A DNA stretch of 59,611 nt, counting the filler, from Sanchytrium tribonematis (lineage: Eukaryota), in the NCBI GenBank assembly GCA_018985235.1. It is 8 parts of 8 records of this genome, joined end to end, with 100 filler letters (N's around TTAATTAATTAA, not from the genome) between each part and the next. Parts side by side here need not be neighbours in the genome. Positions count along the whole stretch, not along the records: positions 1 to 7,412 come from JADGIG010000436.1; positions 7,513 to 14,911 come from JADGIG010000437.1; 6 more parts are not named here. One strand, written 5' to 3'. A program made the translations under genes and the position numbers. Positions within the stretch are counted from its first letter, which is position 1, and each line of letters begins with the position of its first letter. The notes under the pieces are model-generated. The model was not told the origin of the DNA, did not search any database, and saw only the letters and a list, made by a program, of their open reading frames with translations. This document shows, piece by piece, positions 1 to 10,820 of the stretch.

Positions 1-1227
1 ATGGACCCTGCAGTAAGCGGAATTATTAAAACTGTGGCCAAGCAACCATGGAATTTAAAAATATTTTTTGGAATCATATTTGATTGCAAACCATACACAA
101 CTAAATTTATGATCATATCTAGCATGCTGATTGTCTCTGGGTTGCTCCTTTTAATATTCACATTCGTTTATCACTCTATTGCGATAATTACAATAAGTCT
201 TGTTATTATAAACCTTGGTGGAGCTTGTACAGATGTCATTGGTGACGGTGAAATGGTCAGAATAACGCAAAAGTCAGAAGATGGTGAAGCTTTAAGCTCC
301 TATCTGCAGAGCTTATCATGGATCGCCTATGGAATTGGAGGTATTTGTGGTACCATAATTGGTGGAAGTTTAGCAAAATATCTTGGTGCTCCATCATATT
401 TCATATTCTTACTTCCATTTCCAATTATGTTATCATACATGTCTAATCAGTATGACGCAGTAAAAGCTGTTCCAGCTTCCTTAAAGTTGTTTGGGTCGAA
501 ACTTATCCAAGTTATAAATGCAATGCGACATCCAAAAGTCATGAAGCCTCTTATATTTGTATTTGTTCAAAATTCTTGCGGCTTGGGAATCGGAGAGGGA
601 ATGACTTATTTTCGAGTTTCTATTGGAATGGACGCTCAAACATTGGGTTTTGCGAATACTTTTGCATATGGTGGGCTCATATTAGGCAGTTTTGTTTATA
701 GCAAATATTTTAGTGCGACGCCCATCAAAAAAATAATGATGGCAACTACAATTATTGGGTCTGTACTATCTCTACTAGATTTAGTGCAATTTAAGAGATG
801 GAATATCCAATTGGGTTTAAGTGATTTGTTGTTTTTAATTGGATTTGACGTTGTATTAGAAGTAATTGGACGTTTAAATTTGATGCCATTAATGGTTTTG
901 GCTGCCAAATTTTGCCCAGAAAATATTGAGGCAACCATGTTTGCAACAATCATGTCTTTTTTTAATTTCACAAGTGACATTGGCTCTTTATTGGGGTCTT
1001 GGCTACTTAGTTCCTATAATATCAATGATAATAATTACGTAGGATTGGATCAACTGATAATCTTAAGAGCCTTTGTAGGACTTATACCAATTTTATTCAT
1101 CAATTTTCTAGACACAAGCTCATACGAAGTTTTAAAAGAAGATGATCAAGATATCCCATTGTATCCTATCACAGAACCTGGCAGTCTTAGCCCTACTTCT
1201 CCTAGAAAGCGTATCATTGGCCATTAA
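1..1227 (+). CDS. Folate-biopterin transporter (BT1/FBT family, MFS), probably 5'-partial
   Basis: Many TM helices; motifs PWNLKIFFGIIFD, DVIGDGEMV, LQSLSW and LAAKFCPENIEATMFA resemble BT1 family signatures. Confidence 0.8.
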   Translation: MDPAVSGIIKTVAKQPWNLKIFFGIIFDCKPYTTKFMIISSMLIVSGLLLLIFTFVYHSIAIITISLVIINLGGACTDVIGDGEMVRITQKSEDGEALSSYLQSLSWIAYGIGGICGTIIGGSLAKYLGAPSYFIFLLPFPIMLSYMSNQYDAVKAVPASLKLFGSKLIQVINAMRHPKVMKPLIFVFVQNSCGLGIGEGMTYFRVSIGMDAQTLGFANTFAYGGLILGSFVYSKYFSATPIKKIMMATTIIGSVLSLLDLVQFKRWNIQLGLSDLLFLIGFDVVLEVIGRLNLMPLMVLAAKFCPENIEATMFATIMSFFNFTSDIGSLLGSWLLSSYNINDNNYVGLDQLIILRAFVGLIPILFINFLDTSSYEVLKEDDQDIPLYPITEPGSLSPTSPRKRIIGH

Positions 1228-1244
1228 ACTAAAATTTACATAGT

Positions 1245-2653
1245 TTATTCAGAGGAGGGTGTATTTAAAGCAATATTGTTGCCAGATTGCCTAAATGGTG
1301 TTGGAGTGGCCGGATCAACTCCAAAAGCTAGCTTTGTAGTAGATTTTGTAGGAGTGGCTTGCATCATGTTCATACCATTCACTTCTTTTAAAGCTTTCTG
1401 TCTTGCTTCTTCCGCTTTTTGTTTATCAATGTGGATCATCAAATTAATCGCTTTAGTTTTTTCTTCCTCATTGTAAATATGTTCTTTTGTAATCTTTTTT
1501 GAATTGGCAGTCAAATATTTGATCACATCAGATGCCGGAAATTCGGGAGGCACGCCATATTCCAATAAAATGTCATTAGCTATGTACAATTTAGAGACTT
1601 CATTTTTTGGACAGTTAATACGGATATACTCCCAAATCGATTGAAGGGCAATTTGTCTAGGTAAGTATAGATATTTTGTCATTGTTTTAACACAATCATT
1701 CCATTCCAGTAATTTTAAGGACTCAAATTTAATGACTTTCTTTCTCTTTTTATCTGGCTTGGTTTTCTTGTCAAGAAATGACGAGGAGCTTTTAACATGA
1801 CTCATATCTTGAATATCCATAACGAGTTTGATACTCTCTTGTACTGTCATATCTTCCACATTCATTTCTCTCAAGTTGTTTTTAATAACTGTTTTCAGTT
1901 CGGCAGTAGAAACTTGAGTCGATAAAAAAACACATAAATCTCCATTGGGAAAGATTTTGTCCTCATATTTGCATTGTTTCATTGTTGCATAGTCCATAGC
2001 CCGTTGATAAGCGATGTTTAAAGTGGTATATTTTGAACCAAGAAATTGCTCGAGAGCGGGACAAGTCCTCATTACAGCCTCCTCTCGAAACATAATTTTG
2101 GCATCTACTTCATAATCCTTAATTTTATCCAACATTTCAAGATATCGAAAAGTTTTTTGATATTCGGAATTCTGCACCTAAATTAAAAGGAAATTACTTC
2201 CCCGGGAGCAATCAATTTGCCTGGATAATTAAATTTTAAAGGATTGACACGCTCTACGTCTCCAAAAATAGGCTGTAATTCAGGTGTGACAACAATCATC
2301 AATGGTGACATCATTAGGCCTCTTTCTTTGCAATATTTCCAAATTAATTTTCCAATTAATGCATCTGGGAGATACTTTAAGCCAGTAATTCTTTCTATTG
2401 CGGAGTTACACTCGCGGAGAACATGGGTATCCCTTACCCATCTGAATTGCTTGCTCTCTTGAAATGCATATTCAGCGACTGTGATCATGAGGTTTACCCA
2501 ATCTTTTGAGTAGTCCAAAGATGCAGCAGCTTGAACCTCTTTCAAAATATGACCAAGTGGGTTGTTTGGATTTTTGACAAGTTCCTTTAGCTTATACTCT
2601 GCCTTCTTAGGAAGTTTTATAATTCCTTTGTATTTTTGGGTTGGTTTTAGCAT
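1245..2653 (-). CDS. Multi-SWIB-domain protein, 462 aa; join(2653..2198, 2177..1245)
   Basis: Removing a 20-nt GT-AG intron fuses two ORFs in frame (APGE|VQNSEY). Three SWIB-like segments: LIWKYCKERGL..LQPIFG, PALEQFLG..IFPNGDL and SIWEYIR. Confidence 0.65.
2178..2197 (-). other. 20-nt spliceosomal intron GTAATTTCCTTTTAATTTAG
   Basis: GT..AG ends, phase 0, restores the frame between ORFs 2183..2653 and 1245..2177. Confidence 0.75.
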
Positions 2654-2860
2654 TTTAAAATTTTTATATCACAAAGAAGTTTCACTTTCTAGTTGTGCTT
2701 GGCTCTTTAAATATCGCTAGTCACGTGCTCAAAATTAAAAATTTCAAAAACATCAATCCTTGATCACCTGTAAGCGCAAGTTGTGAACTACCGCTCCTAA
2801 ACTGAATGATGATTCCAAAATGGCCTAATTTAACTTTGAGAGATATAAATAATTTGAAAC

Positions 2861-4572
2861 ATGTTAACTCCTGTACTCATTTCAGTCGAGGTGAGAAATG
2901 CCTTTCAAGTATTGGAGAAGCTATCACAATTAAGGTCGTTCCACATAAAAGATCAAAACGACCCCAAATTTAACCAGCAGCTTAATAATAGTTTCTTGAT
3001 GCGACAAAAATTGCAAAAACTTGTTAAAAAGTCAAATGCATCAGAATATACTCCCATAAATATAGAAAATTTTAAATTATACAACAAGATTATGCCGGGT
3101 TTGGTGATGAATTTATTGTCTTAGTGCACTCCAAATCTAAAAAGATTGAAAAATTAGTAAAACTACTTGGCGCCAAAATTATACCCACAAAGGCTGTCAC
3201 CGAGTCAATACTTGAGCAGCAAATTTCAGAGATCGAGCAGTTAATCACAAATACCCAAGTCATGCTAAATAATGAAAAAGGATATCATGAGGTTTTGCTT
3301 CAAAAATGGTTGTTTAGCGTCAATGTTGACATAAATTATTTCAAGATATTGAACAAAGCGAGCCTCAAAGAGCAATTGGAGATCCATGGATTTTTAAAGT
3401 CTGGAGATTTAGAACAGGTAAAAGCGGTTTTAGACACTTTGCATAATGCAACAATGACCATGCTCTATGAAAATGAATATCCTACTATAATCAAGCACGA
3501 GTATTTTGGAATCAAATCCTACAATGAGGTAGACCCTTTTCAATTTATAATGATTGTTCCAATACTGTTTGGAATTTTAATAGGCGACATTGGGCATGGC
3601 CTGATATATCTGATTATCACATTGTTTCTATACACATCCATTGCAGATAAGATATTTTATCTGAAAGGAACTCTCAAATTTCTCACAGTGTTGATTTCAT
3701 TGTTTACTATTTACTCAGGTTTCATTTTCAACCAATTTTTTAGCGTCCCATTGGCAATTTTCAAAAGTCCTTTTGACGAGAACTCTGGCCCTTATTTATT
3801 TGGTCTTGATTATCATTTTTATGATTTTAACCGTTTCGACTTCCTTTTTCATTTTAAACTGAAACTGATTTATGTTTTGGTTTTTACCATGATTCTATTC
3901 GGACTGTGTGTCAAATTCATTAATATCTCGATGGAATTTAAACTCATGCGTCTCTTCAATGCTTTGCCACAATTTATTCTATTTTTTACTTGGTTTGGAT
4001 ACCCCATATTTTTAATGATCTTAGTATGGCTGAAATTTGATGTCAGCGTATACCACTCAATATTTAATATGATTCTAAAACCTTTGACTCCCTATGATAT
4101 GTACCCTCATCAATTTGTGGTTGAAAATTGCCTTAAATTAATTGCTTTGCTCTGTTTATTATGGTTGCTTCTTGTAAACCCAATTACGTTGTACTTTAAG
4201 CAAAGAATATACAACCAACAGGGATATATACCAATAAGTCACATACATTTGTCAACTTTTAGCTCAATTTTGCACAAAAATATGCTTGAAATTTCTGCAT
4301 TTGTGTTTAATATTTGGAGCGGAATGCAAAGTTTTCTTAGAATATTTGCATTTAGCATCGTTCATTGCGAGTTAAATACCCTGTTATGGATGCTGCATCG
4401 GCACTACTTGATATGGACATTTCTAACTCTTGTCTTGGCAATCGTGCATGGTTTGTTTGCTCTTGGGATTTCAGTTCAAGGATTTATTGTTTTTACAAAC
4501 CAATTTTACAAGGGAAATGGCACTAGATTCAGTCATATTGACTTGTACCGTAAATCCGAAGTACGCACGTGA
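2861..4572 (+). CDS. Divergent, shortened V-ATPase V0 subunit a (Vph1/Stv1-like), split into two frames near 3075-3124
   Basis: YNEVDP, LFGILIGDIGHG, YSGFIFNQFFS, GPYLFGLD, SFLRIFAFSIVH (cf. SYLRLWALSLAH) and FYKGNG. The short upstream ORF resembles the subunit-a N-terminus. Confidence 0.75.
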
Positions 4573-4684
4573 TTTACCAAGGCATACTTGAACCAATCAG
4601 ATTTGCATTCTTAAATTTGATTTGATATGAAAATTCCTTTGACATGCTACATCGCGATATTTATCAAATGAATGCCCTTTACTC

Positions 4685-5323
4685 ATGTTTTCAGCATGGG
4701 AACGCGGCATAGCATTTTGGAAAGGGCGAAATTTTGATATGGCGCTTAAGGAGTTCAAATCTTGCGATCCTTCACCTAAAATTCATTTTAATTTGGCAAT
4801 AATACATATAAACAAGAAAGAATACGTGAAAGCAATAAAATGCTTGACAAACGTGATCCATTTGAGATGGCCCATTCACACTTTTATCATTGGAAATTGC
4901 CTATGCGGCTTAGAGCTTTGGGAAGATGCTCTTATTTGGTATGAAAGGTCCTTAAAGGAATTTCGACAATACAAAGAGATTGACTACACGCCTCTGGGTC
5001 TAAACTGCAAATTAGAAAGTTTTGATTTGTATATGAATATGTTCATTGCACATGAAAAAGCAGGTTTCGATGATTTGGCTAGAAATGATTTGCTGATTGC
5101 TAAAATGAAATATCCAGGAAGACTCAGAAATTTTCCTCGAAGAATTGTAGACATTGATTGTCTATTTCAACCTCCAACTGGACTCGAAAGTTCTCCAATT
5201 AGTGCAAAGTCTATTCATACACTTATCCCGAAATCTCGCAAACCTTCTGATACTGACAAGAATGAAAATGATCCCAGGCAGTGTATACCGCTAGCATCCT
5301 CAAGCCCGGTTTACTGCAAATAA
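4685..5323 (+). CDS. noxR: NADPH oxidase regulator NoxR/p67phox-like TPR protein
   Basis: TPR repeats with KIHFN, the IDYTPLGLNCKL motif (cf. IDYxQLGLxFKL) and LFQPP. Confidence 0.75.
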   Translation: MFSAWERGIAFWKGRNFDMALKEFKSCDPSPKIHFNLAIIHINKKEYVKAIKCLTNVIHLRWPIHTFIIGNCLCGLELWEDALIWYERSLKEFRQYKEIDYTPLGLNCKLESFDLYMNMFIAHEKAGFDDLARNDLLIAKMKYPGRLRNFPRRIVDIDCLFQPPTGLESSPISAKSIHTLIPKSRKPSDTDKNENDPRQCIPLASSSPVYCK

Positions 5324-5328
5324 ATTTA

Positions 5329-6465
5329 ATGAAACAAATTTTGCCAAATGAGATTTTACAACAGATATTCTCAAATTTCGATAGCAAAAGCAGATTGCCT
5401 TATATGGTGAACAAGGCTTTGACAATATGGCATTTACGAAAAAAATATCGCAGAATTGAATTCCAACGAAATAATAGATTTATCTCTGGTCAAAAAAGGG
5501 AAAACTACCCATTGATTAAAAGGCTTCCATTATATATAGGCAATTATTACTTTGAATATGCACAATGGATTTTTGAGATTGAAATATCATTAGTTTCTGA
5601 TTTGACAGAACTTTTCGTGCTCCCTTTTTACAAAATGTCTAATTTAAGGGCTTTGGTTTTGGAATTGGGAAACGATCGATATGAAATTCCTAAATTTTAC
5701 GATCTTTTGAAAAAAATTAAAAAAGAGACAATTACTGTATCAAAATTGGTTATACGCCGACTCGAAAAATTTACAGTAGGTCTATCTACGATTTTACGAA
5801 ACTGGGAAACTTTGAGCAATGTACAGATAGGATTAGATTACTTTCCTGATTATAGTGTACTCGATATCTCATTACCTTTTGTTAAGCATTTGTATTTGTG
5901 GAGAGCTAATAATATTTCTCAAAAACAAATTGATAAACTTTATGATTGCTTCAAATGCTTGGAACTCTTGCACTTTTTTGACTTCGAGTCTAAAAATCCT
6001 TTACACCTAGATCATTTAAAAACAGTTTCTAAATTATACTGTTCGGATGTACTTTCTTTTCCGCCAAATCTTACTTATTTGAAATTATCATCAGGCGTAA
6101 ACAAATTAAATCTTCCTAATTATGATGTCACAAAAACTGAGATTGAATTATTAGAAATCCCGTTGGTAAGCAATTACCTCGTGTGTCTTGATTTTTTAAG
6201 AAAATTTTGCACGGACTATTTTATAAACGTTTGGCATAATCACGATTTCATTTTTGAAATATCAAGTTCAAAATACCCTGAGAATGTTTCCAACTCAGAA
6301 ACTTTAAAAGCATTTGGAAAAGAAATAGTAATAGCTTCAATTATTCGTCGGAACGATAATCTTACCCAACTCAAACAATTTCTAGCAGATTTAGTTGAGT
6401 CTGGCAATGGCAATGACATTGAGATTGCCGAATTTGTAGCTCAAGTAAACAAAATCAAACTTTAA
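5329..6465 (+). CDS. F-box protein with LRR-like C-terminal region
   Basis: N-terminal LPNEILQQIFSNF F-box motif after the ATG at 5329, followed by LxxLxL repeats. Confidence 0.65.
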   Translation: MKQILPNEILQQIFSNFDSKSRLPYMVNKALTIWHLRKKYRRIEFQRNNRFISGQKRENYPLIKRLPLYIGNYYFEYAQWIFEIEISLVSDLTELFVLPFYKMSNLRALVLELGNDRYEIPKFYDLLKKIKKETITVSKLVIRRLEKFTVGLSTILRNWETLSNVQIGLDYFPDYSVLDISLPFVKHLYLWRANNISQKQIDKLYDCFKCLELLHFFDFESKNPLHLDHLKTVSKLYCSDVLSFPPNLTYLKLSSGVNKLNLPNYDVTKTEIELLEIPLVSNYLVCLDFLRKFCTDYFINVWHNHDFIFEISSSKYPENVSNSETLKAFGKEIVIASIIRRNDNLTQLKQFLADLVESGNGNDIEIAEFVAQVNKIKL

Positions 6466-6490
6466 AGTAAATTGCACACAATCTCCTCGT

Positions 6491-7412
6491 ATGGAATGCT
6501 TGACAAATTTGAATCAATTACAAAATCGTAATTACACCCTTTATTTATATCACATCATGAGCAAGACCAAAGACTATTCACTACTTCTGCAATTCCAACA
6601 CTTTATTGAAAACCATGTGATCGACTTTGAATTGCTAATTTTCTTTCTTTCTGTTTTTAAAAAAATTCTTCCTTTTAATCACCCTTCTAAAATTCTTAAG
6701 AAAATCCACATGAAATTCATAAGTTGCACGATAGGAATGATGGGAGAAGACCTACTCAAAAACCGAATTTTATTCCACAGGTTTTTAGGATTAATGGAAG
6801 TCATATTCACTCAACCTGTTTGCAAGCCCATCCGGTTTCACTGGAACAGACATGAACTTTATCAAGTATCAAATCCGCTTTGGATAGAAAACAAGGAAGA
6901 AAAATCTGGTGTTGATTTATTTAAATTTATATTACTAGAAAAGACTCTCAAAAATCAAGATAAGGAGGAAAAACTAAAATACGGTTTTTATCAAAGCATC
7001 AACACAATCCAGTGGGAATATTGGCTTAAATCGTTTCGGCCGGGAAAGTGCTTACAATACGTTTTATACCAAGGGAATTTAGTTTTAAATGCCCCTCCAA
7101 AAGAACTTGAAAATATGCTAAGCTATGCCGCTGGAATGCCAATTGAAAGGATTTATCCGACTTCTGCTGAACTAAATAGGCTTTTGAAATCTTGTTTTCC
7201 ATCTATCAGAAAATTTGGCTATATTATTATGAAAAATATGATTCAAGATCTGGATCAGGCGATTTTGGGAGAGGTGATATCATGTGTTATTGATATTTGT
7301 CAGTGGCTTCACAAATTACTGGATTATTGGCAAAGTGACGATTCAATAACAATCGAAGGAACTTTTCAAGACATAGAAATGGAAGAAGAAGACGGGGAGA
7401 TCGGTGTTAATG
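6491..7412 (+). CDS. Hypothetical protein, 3'-partial at contig end
   Basis: ORF of >300 codons running into the linker; no recognisable motif. Confidence 0.5.
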
Positions 7413-7512
7413 NNNNNNNNNNNNNNNNNNNNNNNNNNNNNNNNNNNNNNNNNNNNTTAATTAATTAANNNNNNNNNNNNNNNNNNNNNNNNNNNNNNNN
7501 NNNNNNNNNNNN
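7413..7512. other. Artificial contig linker
   Basis: 44 N + TTAATTAATTAA (stops in all six frames) + 44 N. Confidence 0.98.
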
Positions 7513-8504
7513 CTTCGAGGGTGCTTTTTAAAAGGCTGTTTTCCTTTAAATGACTTTCCTTGATAATAAGGTTTTTGTTGAACGGAATCTTTGTTCTCGT
7601 AACTTTTGAATGCTTTCTTTTGAGGTTTAAAGAAGCTTTTGTCATTTGTAAACTTTCGCTTATTAGGAATGTTGGTCTTAAAAGAGTTTGTTGCTTCTGA
7701 CTCTAAGTTAATTGCCAACTCGTACGCATCGCGAAAGTTCTTGCATCGATCTTGTGAGTATTCGGCTTTTATCTGTCTCATAATTCTAGAGTCTTGTAGC
7801 GATGAACAAAACTTTCGAAAGAAAATTACACACTCATTTGGATCCTCTGTATCAAAATTGCATTTCTGGTGAAATTCTTTGAGCACTTTCACATACTGCT
7901 GAATTGATTGATTTTGTCTCTGAGACAAGCGAAAAAATTCATTGGTGAATTTTATATCATTGCTTGGCGGTTTCAATTCCAACAGTAAAGTGTCTTTCAA
8001 ACTTTTATAATTCTTTTCACAATTTTGAATTTGTTTGAACAGGGACGATGGCAGTCTTAATTTGACTTCTTTATATAGTCTGTCCTGATCCCATCCAAGT
8101 AGTTCCATATTGTCTTCCATTTTAGAAAGCCAATCTTCAATTTTATCTCTCTTTTCATCAAATCCGGGAATGTTGTATTTAAAGTCTTTAACAATATCGT
8201 TGACGCTGTTGGACTTTACCCAAGGAGGTGGTTGCATTTGACCAGGACTAGGATACTTAGTAATTTGTTCAATACTTTTCTTCATCTCTTTGAATTCTTT
8301 CATCATCGTTTCTAAATCTGTAGGATCTTCATCAATTGCCGTCACTGGTGTACTAGTGGGTTCATTGTCATTGGAAGTTTTTGGAATTCGAACTAAAGCT
8401 TCTCCATTTGAATTTGTTTCTAAATCTAATTGTTCTTCATAATTGTTAGTGGAAGTTCTTTGTTGTTCCTGTGGATCGGTTTCACGTAGATCACTCGCTG
8501 CCAT
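7513..8504 (-). mobile_element. LTR-retrotransposon Gag-like ORF (Ty3/Gypsy type), 3'-partial
   Basis: IPGFDEKRDKIEDWLSKME and RLSQRQNQSIQQYVKVLKEFHQKCNF resemble retrotransposon capsid motifs; a basic region follows. Confidence 0.7.
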
Positions 8505-9267
8505 GTAAAGGAGGAAAGGTATTTATTGGGGGGGAGATTACTTTATAACTGGAATGTAGAATGTTCTAGATGACATTCCTGTTACACACCACTTTCGTAT
8601 TCCACACTTTGGGCTGTTTCTTCAAACCATTTGGCCAATTTGATTGAAGGATCATTTTTGGCTTTCAAGCCTTTAAAGTATGGTAAAGCATTGAAAAATA
8701 ATTTAAATTTGGCTATTTTTTTTTAAAGTTGTTCAAAATTTATTAATAGAGTGGATTTCGCATCATCCATGAGAGAAAAATACCAAACGGTAATAAATCT
8801 CCGGGTTACGCCATTCAAGTACTGGTAAAAGCATTCCATATGGTTGCACACATTGGTTGAATTGAATAAATAAATTAATCACTTTCAGCAGGCCACCCTG
8901 CGTCATATTTTTCGGAATATAGGCTCCAAAAAAAGCGTCACCGCAGTTTATAGCTTCTGGGTTCTGATGCACAATTTGTTCCACTAAAAATGCTCTCAGT
9001 TATCGCATGGTAAAAGGGGAAAACAAATAAAAAAACCCTTTGCAATTTGTGAGTCGGCCGTTGATTCATCTTGACAAATAATACTTTAGTTGCTCTTTTT
9101 TAGGCAATTTGATTGATTTCTGTCTTTCTTTTCACTCTAGGAATCTTTTTTGCACTTTTGTCTTTGGTCATTGTTTGTCCGTTGCAAGGAGGGAAAACCG
9201 AATTCAAAATCAAAGACATTTAAGTCAGTATGACGAAATTTATTACTAATATGATGTCATTTTCGAA

Positions 9268-9567
9268 ATGTCCTGTCCAAATCAATCAGGTCCGGTAGAT
9301 CACAAAAGGTATTGCCGGTACTGGAATTGCATTATTGTATTGGTGCCATACGGACAACCTGAATTGTATAATCACTTCGATAGACATACATACAATATCT
9401 GGACTAGTAGGATAAGAATGGTTGCTGCAATTGACTTTGGCCTGCTCAAGCGCCGATTTAGGCCACTCTCTTTGCCTTTGATGATCAATTACCATTTGCA
9501 TGTTAAACTGTGCTATGATATTCGTAACATTTGTGTGGATGCTAGTATTTTTTCTAAATATAAATGA
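9268..9567 (+). pseudogene. PIF/Harbinger (HARBI1-like) transposase C-terminal remnant
   Basis: VPY..YNIWTSRIRMVAAIDFGLLKRRFRPL..CYDIRNICVD matches FNxxHSxxRxxVERxFGxLKxRFRxL..CxxLHN, with the catalytic E lost. Confidence 0.6.
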
Positions 9568-9994
9568 TACATTTGTTTTTGAAAATAATAACACATTTGG
9601 AACCAAATCCCAGAAGGGATAGAGATGCAATGAGTTCATTCATATTCGGTAAGTAGAACGCTGCTCAAGCTATTGTTTCTGAGATAAATTCAACCTATTT
9701 GCATGATTTAAAGTATCACGTACGGAGCTCCCCTATTGAGACTGCACATCCTCAATTCCTAAGTTAAAACCCGGATTGTATTTTGGGGAAAGCATGTTAA
9801 AAAGATTTAGGTGTTTACGATGAACATTGACAGCAATTTTCCAACTGATTTATTTCATTCAATCTTCTTTCCTAGTATCGTTGTGTTCTAGAACTGATCG
9901 GTCTGGTGTCGAATGAACCACAAAACTTATTGATAAATAAACACGCTTCGCTTTCTAAAAATAATTTTACACAAATTGCATTAGAAATATTACA

Positions 9995-10642
9995 TCAGAC
10001 AATCGTTTTTTGAACATTTACAATTTTAAGGTCACGTCTATAAAGCAATTGCAACGGAGAAAATCGCTTTGAGCTATGTTCAATATAACAATAATTTGCC
10101 ATAAGAACAAGACTGACTTTTAACCATTCAAGATTTTCACAAAGTCTAATAAATACCCTATCCCGTTGAAATGGCTCATTGTTCAAGAATGTGATTTGCC
10201 TTTGCCAAGTTCACCATATGAATCAAAGACAACAATATCCAAGAATTTGACTAAAGCATTGGTAAAATAGAAAACATTTAAAGATCAAAGTCATTTTGCG
10301 TAGCAGTCTGACCAATGATATTTGACTTGACATCATCACTAGCTTGATTTAAAGCTATAAGAACATCATCAGTGAGAAAGAGTTTAAGGTTTTGGACGCT
10401 TTCTTGTGGAGTCCAGGCATACGCGATGCTGATAGGGAAAAAAAACTGAGCCAACCCAAGAAACTTTGTTGCGGATGGCCATGAAACATGTTAAACTTGT
10501 GCTTATGGGTGTTTTCACTGTCTTCGGAGAGTTTGAGTTTGAGAGCGATTTGTTGTGGTGTGAACTTGCTGTTTGAAGTCAATTTTTGAAAGTATCTGTT
10601 TTCTGGGTCTTTATCTGACGCCAGGTATGGCATCCGAATCAT
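9995..10642 (-). pseudogene. Degenerate LTR-retrotransposon pol fragments (RT thumb and integrase)
   Basis: QSFLGWLSFF (cf. LQSFLGLxNYY) followed by HSSKRFSPLQLLYRR (cf. HSSTGFSPFxLLYGR); fragmented. Confidence 0.45.
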
Positions 10643-10820
10643 TGAGAAGAGCTATTTTAAGTGCGATTCTTGTACGATTAATTTCACCACAAACTGATTT
10701 CTTGTTCTGTATTTCTTGTAAAGTCTTAACGTATTAGAGTTTGAAATTAATTGTCTTAGACTCTCAGTACACCCTTAATGAATAAGGGTTTCGTATGAAA
10801 ACACTGTTGTTTAGTAAAAT

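Noticed and set aside
3099..3124. 26-nt GT-AG segment that would join the two V-ATPase a ORFs
   Set aside because: It does not fit the GTA../-6 A consensus or the 19-20 nt length, and it would delete a conserved-looking FIVL strand.
8763..8984. Possible MULE transposase scrap (TNVCNHMECF in an alternative frame)
   Set aside because: A single weak motif is insufficient evidence.
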